The position numbers and the translations under genes are program-made. Source: Octopus sinensis (lineage: Eukaryota). From it: 64,000 bases of DNA. Shown one piece after another: positions 26,965 to 38,985 of this stretch. The DNA lies in assembly GCF_006345805.1 (NCBI RefSeq), contig NC_042997.1:106702001-106766000 (forward strand), in the 5' to 3' direction. The notes beneath the pieces are model-generated. The model did not search any database. It had not been told where the DNA came from and saw nothing but the letters and a program-made list of their open reading frames with translations. Each line of letters starts with the position of its first letter. Position 1 is the stretch's first letter.

Positions 26965-27505
26965 TCATTTAAAAAAACTGCCCTCAGTCTAAATAGTGGT
27001 ATTGATGCAGCCACAGAAGAGACTGCATACCAAAATCAGGTGGCCTTCCAATTTCATACAATGCAACCCCTTATGACTCTGTAATACCATGATATTGTTG
27101 CTAATCCTTCAATAATGTCTTAAATGTGACAGTTCTGGAGGTGCAAATGCAGGAGCCAAATAATGTTGGTGACCACATTGTTTTCTTGGGTCTTACTGGA
27201 CATAAAGCACCCTCTCCTGATTATCTACTGTGCTATTTATGACACAGCTGATAATGGACTCCACCTTGGTATTCTCCTCATTGGCCCTCATCAATCTACT
27301 GGAGTTATTGTTGATGTCTTGAACTCGCTGGACAAACTTGGCCATACTGTAACCATGTGTGATATAATCCAGCCAGAGTCTTCCAGCTCTTTCCTGACTT
27401 TGAATATGAAGAACTTGGCCATGTTCAAGAAGTTGGTAATTTCAGCAGCTAGAGCCTTGATCTTGGTGTACTTTTTATTGCTTCTGTCAACTATACCTGT
27501 GCCAT
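26965..27505 (-). pseudogene. Degenerate maT/DD37D-like (Tc1/mariner superfamily) transposase remnant
   Basis: Pieces across frames: MAQV*LTEAIK, AEITNFLNMAKFFIFKVRKELEDSG, FVQRVQDI and the C-terminal GHLILVCSLFCGCINTTI*TEGSFFK*. Family assignment is from recalled similarity. Confidence 0.65.
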
Positions 27506-28671
27506 GTTGATGATACTATCAATATATCTGAAAGAGAAATAAAAAAGTTAAAACTTGGTACATGTCATAAAATTATATTAGATTGTCTTCTATTTATGGT
27601 CTATTAAAAGTTTGAAATATATAACTTAATAAACATGGTATTACAGACAATATGTTTTGTGCTGTTTTATAATAAAAAAAAAAACTGACAATAACTACCT
27701 ATCAACTGCCAACCAAAATAGAAAGTATAATAAAGATCTGTACTATAGTTGTACTAGGAATGAAATACTTCTCTTTGTAAATAAAATAAAGGCAGGAGAA
27801 CATTTTTGAATTGTAAGATATGGGCAACTTCTAAGATAATGTAAGATACCTTCAACGTGTTTGGTATTGTAAGATCTCAGCAAATAAAATATGTAAAATC
27901 TGGAAAGCTATGAAATAATTGTAGGTTGTGGAGGAGCTAATAACACTTGTTATAGAAGATGGATAACTACTATGTGTAGGATGGTGTTCTCTATAAAAAA
28001 ACATCTTACATGAGATATGTGTTAGAAATGTGATATTATTTAGCTATAAAATGCAAACTGTAAATGTGAATGTATATCTAGCGGAGGAGACAAGATGAGT
28101 AAAGTTTGCTGGATGTACATATTTAATGGAAAATGTTTAACCCTTAAGCATTCAGATTACTCTTTCAAATGTAATGCTTATTGATTCACACACGCAAACA
28201 CATACATGCATGCGTGCGCGCGCGTACACACACACACACACACACACACATACACACACACACCATGAATAAATACCAAAGGCTGCCATCTATAATTATT
28301 TGTTACCTCAGTAAGAAGAACTACCATGTGTGGAAACTTTTTTTGGAAAATATCAAGGAATTATTTGTGTAAGGTTAGAGCTGTTAATTCTCTGCATGAG
28401 TTGCTGAAGTTTGTAGGAATGTGTGGAAAAGTAGAAAATTGCAAATTGATACAATTTAATGAAGGAACTTACATGTGTTCAGTGTTTATGACAAGAGGCA
28501 TTTATTTTGATTCAAAAAAGCAAATAGAACCAGGTATGAAGAAAGTAACAAAGTAATACTGCTTTGTAAATACACCAATTTATTCAAGAATGTTGATTTT
28601 TCATATAGTGTAGTAATCAGTGGAGAGAGGGAGTGATAAAGAAAGAAAGCTAAATAGTTTTATATCCTTGA

Positions 28672-29172
28672 CTAGCACTATGACCTGGTGTTGCCAGGTC
28701 TAATGCTAGTGCTTGTTGTTTGTTTCCGGGTCACAGTAAAAATTTCTCACTAAATCAAGAGCTAAGTTTCTTGTTACATTTCAGCCCGGGCCAGTTTTCT
28801 TGTTTATGAGCTAGTTGGAGCTTTTTATGAGAGTAATTAATATTCATTGGACTTTGGTTTTCACACCTGGAATGGCATAATCATGGAAAATTAGCGGGAT
28901 TGTGCACATGCTATTAGTCAGACAAAAAAGGAGGCAGAAGAAAGTGAAAAACACAAATTTGGCTGCAAAATAACTTATGGGCATAAGGGGTTGGTTTATC
29001 AATTTTTTTTAATAGCTTTCTGAGGTGACTGGGGAAATGAAAATTTCTTTACAACCACCCTCAGGCAGTTTTGAAAGCCCATAAAAAATGCGAGCCTTTT
29101 ACATGAAAAACTGCAGATTTGTATAAAGGACACACAGATACACAGACATTTTGCCGTTTATAGATATAGAGA
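28672..29172 (-). mobile_element. Complete non-autonomous Helitron-like element (family H1), 501 bp
   Basis: The minus strand begins A|TCTCTATATCTATAAACGGCAAAATG and ends GACCTGG-CAACA-CCAGGTC-ATAGTG-CTAG|T, a perfect 7 bp subterminal hairpin followed by CTAG. Confidence 0.85.
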
Positions 29173-30225
29173 TTTCAGATATATGATTTTAATGAAGCAG
29201 GGGTAAAGCAATGTATTCATGGACATAACTTCTGACTACCACATGCAAGATTCCAACTCATTCTGTTGTCTCATCAATACACATTACTTTCTATAAGAGT
29301 TCAACGAGTCCACCTTTTAATCACACAGGGGTGTTAATGTCTATCACCACAACAAATAGGTAGATGAAGAGAGAGAGAGAGAGACAGACAGACAGGAGAC
29401 AATATGTGAAACCTGGTGCTCCATTGGTTACAACAATGAAGGTTCCAGTTGATCTGATCAACAGAACAACCTGTGCATGAAATTAATATGCAAGTGGCTG
29501 AGCACTCCACAGACATGTGTACCCTTAACGTAGTTCTCAGGGAGATTCAGTATGACACAGAATGTGATAAGAATGGCTCTTTGAAATACAGGTACTACCC
29601 ATTTTTGCTAGTTGAGTGGAGCAATATGAAATAAAGTGTCTTGCTCAAGGACATGACATACCTCTGGGAATCGAACTCATTACCTTATGAATGTGAGTTG
29701 AATACCCCAACCACTTAGCCACATGCTCTCAGAAGACAGTATGTAGTTTTTAGGTGAGCTGGCAGAAACGTTAGCATGGGTGAAATGCGTAGCCGCATTT
29801 CTTCTGCCACTATGTTCTGAGTTCAAATTCCGCCGAGGTCGACTTTGCCTTTTATCCTTTTGGGGTCGTTGTAATGGACTTAATACCTATGTCTGTCCTT
29901 GTTTGTCCCCTCTATGTTTAGCCCCTTGTGGGTAATAAAGAAATAAGTATGTAGTATTTAGAACACAGTGTTGCTTTCTTCATTTGAAAGTGAATAAGGG
30001 TTCAGTAATTATTCTTGGTGGTTGAGGCACATGATCATAAGATTGTGGTTCCAATTCCTGAACTGGGTGATGCATTGTGTTCTTGAGCAAAATACTTCAT
30101 TTCACGTTGCTCCAGTCCAGTCAGGTGGCAAAAATGAGTAATCTGCAATGGAGTGATGTGGGGAATTTGGATGCTATGGAAACTGGAAAGCTGGCCCTTA
30201 TGAGTCTGCATGATTCGAAAAGGTA

Positions 30226-30447
30226 CCCTTTTGTTACTGTATTTATTTTGAGATGCTCTGTGTTTCTTTCAATTAATTTTAAATACAACAAAGAATTTAG
30301 TAAAATAACTTAGTTATCATTAAGCTGGTGTTAGGAACATAAATTTTGACTAAGGTTTGGTGGAAGATTTTAATTCAAAACTTATGAAAACCAGACATTT
30401 GTACTACAGAATCAGAGGTGGTTTCAGCCAGGTTAGTATCGAAAGGG
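30226..30447. mobile_element. piggyBac-like MITE, same family
   Basis: CCCTTTTGTTACT...AGTATCGAAAGGG|TTAA. A partial copy also lies at ~38515-38640. Confidence 0.7.
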
Positions 30448-31483
30448 TTAAGAAAAGTAATTATTCATGGTGGGCTGCTATCACTAACTAAACAGGAGAA
30501 TTGATCCATCCATGTGTTTCAGGATGTTATCAACAAACTTACCACACTTACTTACTATGATTAATCTGACAGGTTGTAGACTAACAGATTTTTCCTTCCT
30601 CCTATGAAAAAACTTATTTAAAAAATAACTATTTGTATTTTTGTTACTGTGCTGAAAATATTATTTATCTTTAATCTTTTACTTATTTCAGTCATTTGAC
30701 TACAGCCATGCTGGGGCACTGCTTGGGAGAATATTTTAGTTGAATGAATCAACCCCAATACTTATTTTATAAGCCTGGTACTTTTTCTGTGGGTCTCTTT
30801 TACTGAACCTTTAGGTTACAAGGATGAAAACATACTGGAACTGGTTGTCAAGCAGTGGTGTGGAACACACACACAATATATAACACCAAAAAGGAAAAGT
30901 TGTGACTGACAGTGCAGGGTAGCACCTACATTACTAGAAATAAGAGTTAAAAACCCTTAGAGTTGCAAGGAAGCACATTTTCATATACTGACAGAGGAGA
31001 TAACTACCCCAGAATGAGCAAGATCACTATACTAGTCTAGTTTCGCTCGGAAATTATGAACCTATTGGTAGTGACTACTCCATTGCTGGATGGTTTGCTT
31101 AAATCTTGACTGTCATTTTTGCTGTATGAATTTATGGCTGATTTAGCAAAATGCTAATATGAAAATTATAAAATAACGAAGGCAGCTATATGCAAAATAA
31201 AACCAAAATGGAAAAATTCAATTGCCACTGATTGTGAATGAGGGAGCAAGATAGCACATTCACTGCTAGAAATAAGAGTTAAAAAACCCTTACATTTGCG
31301 AGGAAGCACATTTTCATATATTGACAGGGGTATATATATAATTAATTCAAAAAGCAGAGACAGTCTTCATTCAGTATCTATCTGCCAATTCCACTACAAG
31401 GCTTTGTGTGACTCAAAGTAGTGGGACTGGGCCCAAGATCATGTAGCTGAGAAGTAAACTTCTTTTTTTTTTTTCTTTTTTCC

Positions 31484-31710
31484 TTATTGCCCACAAGGAG
31501 CTAAACATAGAGGGGACAAACAAGGACAGACAAAGGGATTAAGTCGATTAGATCGACCCCAGTGCATAACTGGTACTTAATTTATCAACCCCGAAAGGAT
31601 GAAAGGCAAAGTCGACCTTGGCGGAATTTGAACTTAGAACGTAAAGACAGATGAAATACTGCTAAGCATTTCGCCCGGCATGCTAACGTTTCTGCCAGCT
31701 TGCCACCTTC
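31484..31710 (-). mobile_element. SINE family B
   Basis: Reverse complement of 11763-11995 with high identity. Confidence 0.8.
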
Positions 31711-33539
31711 TTACTACACAACCAACCCTGCACCTATATGTACCATATTAATGTGTATCATTGCTTATTTCTACTTTCACTTTCTCTAAATTAGTCACTC
31801 AAACCAGTGAATCATTATAACTACCATCTTCTTTGATACTGTATTATGGATTTTGAAAATTTTAACCAGGAAAATTAATCAACTGAAAACTTGAGTCAAA
31901 CACATAGTACAGCATAAATGATATGATACAGTCCCCCATTCCCAGTCTACCGATAAGCCAGAACTATAATTAATTTGTTAGCCATTTGTGACTTATCTTG
32001 AAGACTTTCACTACTATGGGTTTTGTTTTTCTTTACATTATTTCTTCATTTGAAACAAGATATTGTTTTGCTGATATCGCTTATCATCTCAAGTATAGTT
32101 ATCATGGTTGTCAGAGTCCTTTGGTTGTGGTGCACACCTTTCTCTTGTCCTGGATGTCATCATCATCATCACCATCATCATTGTCATTGCCATAATCACC
32201 ACCACTACCAGCACCACCATCATCATCGTCATCGTCGTCATCGTCCTCATTTCTTGTCCTCTTTGTTGTTGGCTGCAGTCAACATCATCATTATTCTCCT
32301 CAATGACATCATCATCATCAGCCTTATTAACTGCAGTGTTATTACCACTATCTTTCTCTTCTTCCTTCTACCTTCCTCCTCAACGCCATAATTGTTGGTA
32401 CTGAATTTACTTTTGTTTTCCATTTGGCATAGATTGCAAAGAATTTTTGCTCAGAGATATATGTTATTTATATTATGCTTCTATTGTCCCAGTCATTGGA
32501 AAGGGGCATATTGTGCCATTAGAGAGTCAGATAGATTACCTTGTAACATTTGTCTAGACTCTCTGCTCTCTCTCTCTCTCCTTCCTCCTCTCTCCACTTT
32601 CTCATGGAGAAATATAACAGTGCTCGAAAATGAATGTGGGTTGGCAGCAGGAAGGGTATTTGGCTGTAGAAAATCTATCTCAGTGAATTCTATCAGACCT
32701 TTGCAAACATGGAAAAGTGGACATTAAAATGATAATAAATGAAAGAAAGGCGACGTTGGTTAATGTAGTCCTGAGTATACTCTGCACTGTGTATTGTGTC
32801 TGGGAAAGCTGTGATCACAGCTGGAACATCTTTGGTCAGTAGTCTTCTGGCTGGCCTCTGCTCATACTGTATCATTTACCTTTTACTTGTTTCATTTATT
32901 AGACTGCAGCCATGCTGGAGCACTACCTTGAAAAATTGTGTTTTAGTCCAATGAATCAACCCAAGTGCTTATATTTTTGTTAAGCCTGGTACTTATTTTA
33001 TCAGTCTCTATTGCCAAATCGCTAAGTTAGGGGGACATAAACACACCAACTCCAGTTGTCAAGTGGTGTTGAGGGACAAACACAGACACACATACACACA
33101 CACATGATGGGCTTTTTTCAGTTTCCATCTACCAATTCCACTTACAAGGCTTTGGCACCTTGGGTAAGTGTCTTCTACTATAGTCTCATGCACATGTGTG
33201 TGGTGTGTGTGTGTGTGTTTCTGTGTGTCCGTGTGCATGAATGTGCATCAGTGTTTATATATTCCTTACTTGTTACTGGTTGAGTGAAGTAGTGCTAATA
33301 TTTTTTTATATTTTCCATATTGATATTATGATTAGATAATCTATGCTTTTGAAGACCTGTAGAATAATGATATTGCTTATTTCAAAGATGTAGCTTTGCA
33401 ACAGATAATGCATCTAGTCTTAAATTCCCATCTCAAGTCTCTGTCGAAACCCATGCTAACATGGAAAAACATGTGACACAGAGTTTGTATCATGTAACAG
33501 TACAGTAGTAATTCTGTCACATTATGGTAACATGCAAAT

Positions 33540-36500
33540 ATCATAAAGCTAGATGCAGTAAATGCTTTAAATGTTGTAATTGTTCATGTTTGTGTCATAT
33601 TTATCAAGTGTCAAGTCATAAAGAAAATGAAGTGGTCCTTCATATATAGGTTTCAGTGAATCAGATGACGAACTTGACCTAATAAATGTGGTAGTAGTCA
33701 AAGAAATTAAGATTAACGTAAATGTATCAGACATTGAAAGAAAAGGCATTAACTAATGGTGGAAACTTTACAATAGAGATACCAATCTGCTAAGGCTGGA
33801 ATAAAAGGAAAACATAATTGCTTCTGATAAAAGCACCAGGTCAGTGATTTTATAAGGAGGTGATTAGTTGTTATCATTAATCCTAGCACTTAACTGGTAC
33901 TCTATTTTATTGATCTTGAAAGGATGAAAGGCAAAGTTGACCTTGGCAGAATTTGAATTCAAAATGTAAAGATTTGAAATAAATTATCACAAAGCAGCTT
34001 TTGCTGTGCTCTAACTTTTCTGCTAATTGTATGTGCAATTAGCAGAAATAATACATTTTTTTTCAGTATATACTATGATGGTAATTTGCAAAATTGTACA
34101 TTCAATGATTCAGAATCTTCAATACTTGAACGTGGCAGGTAAATATCTAGGAGGCTTGCAATTACTAATGATAAGAAAAGAGAATATCAAGTCACTATTT
34201 GAATTATTGTCTCTCAAAAATCTACTCTACAATCAGTAGTTGTCGCTTCACTTGCAGGATCATGCAACGAAAAATATCTAAAACATGAATTTAAATTTGG
34301 AAGAGATATCATACCAAAAGTAAAAAAAAAATCAAGTATATGAAATTGCCAGGAAAAAGTTATACTTGATATAAAACAATCAAAAGTGGTAAAGTTATGA
34401 TACAATCAAAGGGTGAAGTTTATGATCATTGACAGAGAAGTTAATAAATAACTGGAAGTGAGGAAATTGATTTTCTGAAAAGGATTCAAAAGAATATTAG
34501 CACAAGTTTACTCTGCTGATATTTAAAGAACATTGCAAATGAAAATGATCTAGTGAAATTCTTCATTCAATAAAATAGTGAAAGCTGTAATATAAATCAG
34601 AAAGTAAAAGAAGCAGTAGACCATGTATCTAGTATTTTGCTGTCTGAAATCTTTGACAAATTCTTGCAGATATTGATAATGACACTGAACTTCTTGTAAC
34701 TGTATTGGAAAATTTTTCAAAATACACATATAAGAAAATGCTCTGAAATGTAGTGTCATTAACCCAAATTAAGCATTTGAATCTCATCTTGGATCACCAG
34801 TTAGTTTTCATGTTACATGCATTTTAAATAATGGAATACATCAAACATGTAGTCAAGCCAGTTCATCATAAATTGTTAGATAATTATTTAACAATTTATG
34901 TTGTGAGAAAATTATTATCTAAATAATTTACAGAATTGGAATTAAATTTCAAAGAGAAGCCATTGATGAGGCATTAGAATTGCTAGAACCCCCACAATCA
35001 GGCAAACATAGCAATAGTTGATTTCAAAAGGAAATTTAAACATATTCAGAGAAAAACGACTTATTTTTATGAGAAGGATTCATATTGGCAGGAAGCCATG
35101 ATTAATTCAAAATACAGACATGTAGAAAGAGCATTTGCAGAAGCTAAAGGAATTCTGCTCCAACCTCATTATTTTTTGTATATGGATCATATATCAGCTA
35201 TAATAGTGCACAGGATTGAAAAGTTGTCTAATTTCATTTCAGCACTACGATCTATGAGGTTTAAGTTCACTATCCAACACCTTCACCAGATATCTGTATA
35301 TTGAAATAATTTAAGGTTACAGAACTATAGTTTTGATGTATGGAATACAGGAAGTTGCAAAGCATATAAATTAAAGATCTTAAAATGCATGCATGCAGCA
35401 ATACAGGATGGGAAATGTTTAATATACAGAACAGCAATGATGCATGTTAACAAGTGTTTCATTATATCCAACTATAATGCTTTAATTCCAAGAGATATCA
35501 TTAAAGCTCTGAGAATATCTGGAGATGCCAGCAATTCAAAAGCAGAACTGATTGGGATTAATAGATCAAAAATCGATTAATTCATGGTTGCACATGGCTC
35601 AGAGGTTAGAGCATTGGAATCACAATCATGAGGTAGTAAGTTCAATTCCCAAACCAAGCTTTGTGTTGTGTTTTTGAGCAATACACTTTATTTCATATTG
35701 CTCCAGTTCACTCAGCTGTAGAAATAAATTGTGACATCACTGGTGTCAAGCTGTATTGGGCTTTGCCTTTCCCTTGGATAACATCGGTGGTGTGAAAAGG
35801 GGAGGTTGGCATGCAACTGCTGGTCTTCCATAAACAACCTTGCCTGGACTTGTGCCTTGGAGGGAAACTTTCTAGGTGCAATCCCATGATCATTCATGAC
35901 CAAAGGGGGTTCTTTACCCTTTATCATGGTTGGAAATAAAACTATTATAGTTTGATACTGTTAGATATCATATAGAGATTCATTATAATATGATAAGTAA
36001 CTCTGTTAGCAAATTTCTTCATTTGGGCATCAGTTTTAATATTGGCATTGGTTTATCTATACAATTTATGCCAATTAATTTCCTCTATTCTGGTAAAATT
36101 GTATCCCATACTTAATTGATAGATCCTTAATTATTCCTGAGAATTCTAAGATTGGTTAAGTGTGACCACCTGGATATAGTAAAAAAATATATCAATTCTT
36201 TCAGAATCTATATTATGAAACTTTTTAACACTGATGATGATGATAAATCTGTTTGAATAGGCCTCAGTCAAATACATGTCTGAGGTGATAAAGAGAAAGT
36301 GTTCAATTCAACTCAATCTTTCATTTGAAAATGAAATTCATCAAGCAGTTACAATACTTAAGATTAAGACAAAAAATTACCAAAAATCCACAATGTCAAC
36401 ATCTTGAAGAATTACTGAACCATGTGTGTCTTCAAGGGCATGTATCTTTATTAGTCCAAAGGGATGAATCAAGACTTTTGGAAAGAATTTCAAGAGTATC

Positions 36501-36582
36501 ATCTTCTTCCCTCCAATTTAGTTTCCAAAAAAGGAAAAAACTAGAACAAGAAGAAAAATTATTTGATGATGAGTGCTTATAA
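33540..36582 (+). pseudogene. Decayed long coding-like sequence of unknown family, interrupted by SINEs
   Basis: One frame from ~34660 to 35580 (~300 codons) has only a handful of stops. Colinear coding-like stretches flank it at 34067-34330 and 36325-36582. No microsatellites occur within it. Confidence 0.45.
35583..35922 (+). mobile_element. tRNA-derived SINE, family D
   Basis: TGGCTCAGAGGTTAGAGC (A-box), AGTTCAATTCCC (B-box) and TTGAGCAATACACTTTATTTCA core. Relatives lie at 9724, 14470, 29440, 30020, 37985, 46620, 50610, 58030 and 59740. Confidence 0.8.
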
Positions 36583-36689
36583 GAATTTTAGATGCCTTCC
36601 CCACACATTTAAGTGTCATTTTGATAGCCACCAAGACAGTAGTACTAAAACATTTGAAAGCAACTGAGTACATTGGCTTGCAATGTTCA

Positions 36690-36879
36690 TAAATCAAGGA
36701 AAGTAAATGTTTCTGTTTTTTTAATTTTGAAAATCAGTTTGTGTTTTAGAACTTTTTTCTGTTTTTGTGTTTTAAAATGTGTTTTTTTGTTTATGTGTTT
36801 TAGAAATGTGCTGTGTTTTAAAAATGTGTTTTCTGTTGATGTGTTTTAGAAATATGTTTTCTGATTTTTTGTTTTAGAA

Positions 36880-36880
<1 letters not shown>
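36690..36880. repeat. Degenerate T-rich minisatellite (TGTGTTTTAGAAA-like unit, about 7 copies)
   Basis: Direct reading. Confidence 0.6.
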
Positions 36881-36918
<38 letters not shown>

Positions 36919-38985
36919 TGTGTCTGTGTGTCTGTCTGTGTGTGTGTGCGTGCGTGTGTGTGTGTTTGTTCTTGTCTTTTAGAAATGAAGGACTCATGCA
37001 AACTACTCCACTTCTAGCTACGTGCCAAAGAAGTATCAAAATATGTTTTTGAGATTTTACAAAAAGCACTTGTAATATTTTAACTATTACCACATAACGT
37101 TTTATGGTGAATTCAGTAATAGAGTGAGGGATAAGATTTTTAATATAAACCATATTTCATATACTTATGTATGAAGCAATTTGATATTGAATAAGACCAA
37201 TAAAAACATTCACATAAACCATGTGTCTATCTATCTCTCTATCACTTGCTTATAAATAATTATTATGAAATCTGAGTTGTTTAGTCCCAGATCAGCCCTA
37301 AATGAGTAGAGCTATGATCAAGCTCAAAGGTATTCTAACCATTACCCACCCATTGCTTCTTTCAGGTTTATTGTATCTAGGACTCTACATTATCCATTGT
37401 GTCCATTTTTAAGCTGGTAGGGTGTGATTTGAGGGAGATATGGCTGCTACTTTTTGCTGATCAAATGACTATGAAGAAGCACTCTTGTTGGCTCATAATA
37501 CTTTACGTTTCTGTGCTGTGAGAAGAGTTGTAATGTATTGGACATACTTAAATGCTTGTATTTTCTTTTTAGTTTTAAGAAATACTGAGTTAACTCTACC
37601 TGAATATGTAAGTGATGTCTCTAATAGTAACTTTACTGTCTAATTTCTATAACAATGATGAATGATTCATAGTTCAACCATTGAGGAATACACTCCTTTT
37701 AACCATTGTGTTCACCTATTTTCTGCATTAATTGCTCTAAATAAATGATATTTTTTCTGTCACCCATCTGTCTTCTCATTGTGCTGTGATTTGGGTTTTA
37801 TCTCAAGTATGTGTGTAGCTTTGTATAATTTGTAAAAATATGTATGCATTTTGCAAATCCTATGCATTTTGTATAGGTTCTAGGTCAGGAGATGTTCCAA
37901 TTAGTCTTTCAAACATTTGTAGAATGGCAGAATGCAACCTCTTAATGGAATATAGTACAATTATGGATAGTTAAATGAATAGGTAGTGAAGGCGCATGGC
38001 TTGGTGGTTAGGGTATTCAACTCTGATCGTAAGGTTGTGAGCTTGATTCCTGCAAGTGTGCTGTGTCCTCGAGGAAGACACTTTATTTCACATTGCTTCA
38101 ACCCACTAGCTGGCAAAAACAAGTTGTACCAGTAATTGAAAGGGCTAGCTTTGTCACATTCTGTGACACACTGAATCTCCCTGAGAACTATATTAAGGGT
38201 ACATGCATTTGAGGAGTGCTCAGCCGCTTGCATGTTAATTGCATGATTAGATCAACTGGAACGCTCATTGTAACGGACAGAGTGTCACTATTAGTGTATA
38301 TGAATAGGTAACTTCTTCAGAATTTCTGGTTAGACTTTTAGAGTTTACAGTTGTACTTTGAAACCAAATACAGTTCTTCTTCTGTAGGAATGCTCTTCCT
38401 TATTTCTAACAAGTTGAGCAAACACATACAGGCTCCTCTGTTTGCTAGGTGAATCCTGTGTAGATGGTTGAGGAGCCTGCAGCTTATGAAAACTTTAGCC
38501 CCATATACAATGCTGTTAATCCAACATTTGCCTTTAATGCTTTTTTGTTATTTCTGTTGAAATACACTGCGTTTATTTTCAATTGGCTTTGAAAATAATG
38601 AAGAATTTAGTAAAATAATTGTCATTATTAAAATGGTGTGTAAGATAGTAAACTGGCAGAATCATTGGTACGCCAGACAAAATGCTGAGCAGTATTTCAT
38701 CTGACATGTTAATTAAGAATGCAAAGACTGAAATTGGAACGTAAAGATGGAGAAAATGCCTGACAGCATTTCATCTGCCTTTATGTTCTGAGTTCAAATT
38801 CTGTCAAAGTCATTTTTGCCCTTCATCCTTTTATGGTTGACGAAATAAGTACCAGTTGAGCACTGGGGTCGATGTAATTGACTAGCCCCCTTCAGCCCTT
38901 TTCAGTCCATTCAGCAGCACAAATACTCAATTATTGCAATTACTGCATGTCATTGAAACAGTGTGTATGTGTGTGTGTGTGTGTG

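Noticed and set aside
27163-27510. 115 aa plus-strand ORF
   Set aside because: It is the antisense shadow of the maT/DD37D-like transposase remnant on the minus strand.
27500-27552. Strong minus-strand acceptor followed by a 31 nt candidate exon ending GTATAG
   Set aside because: The donor is weak, and the sequence is better explained as the transposase start (MAQV...).
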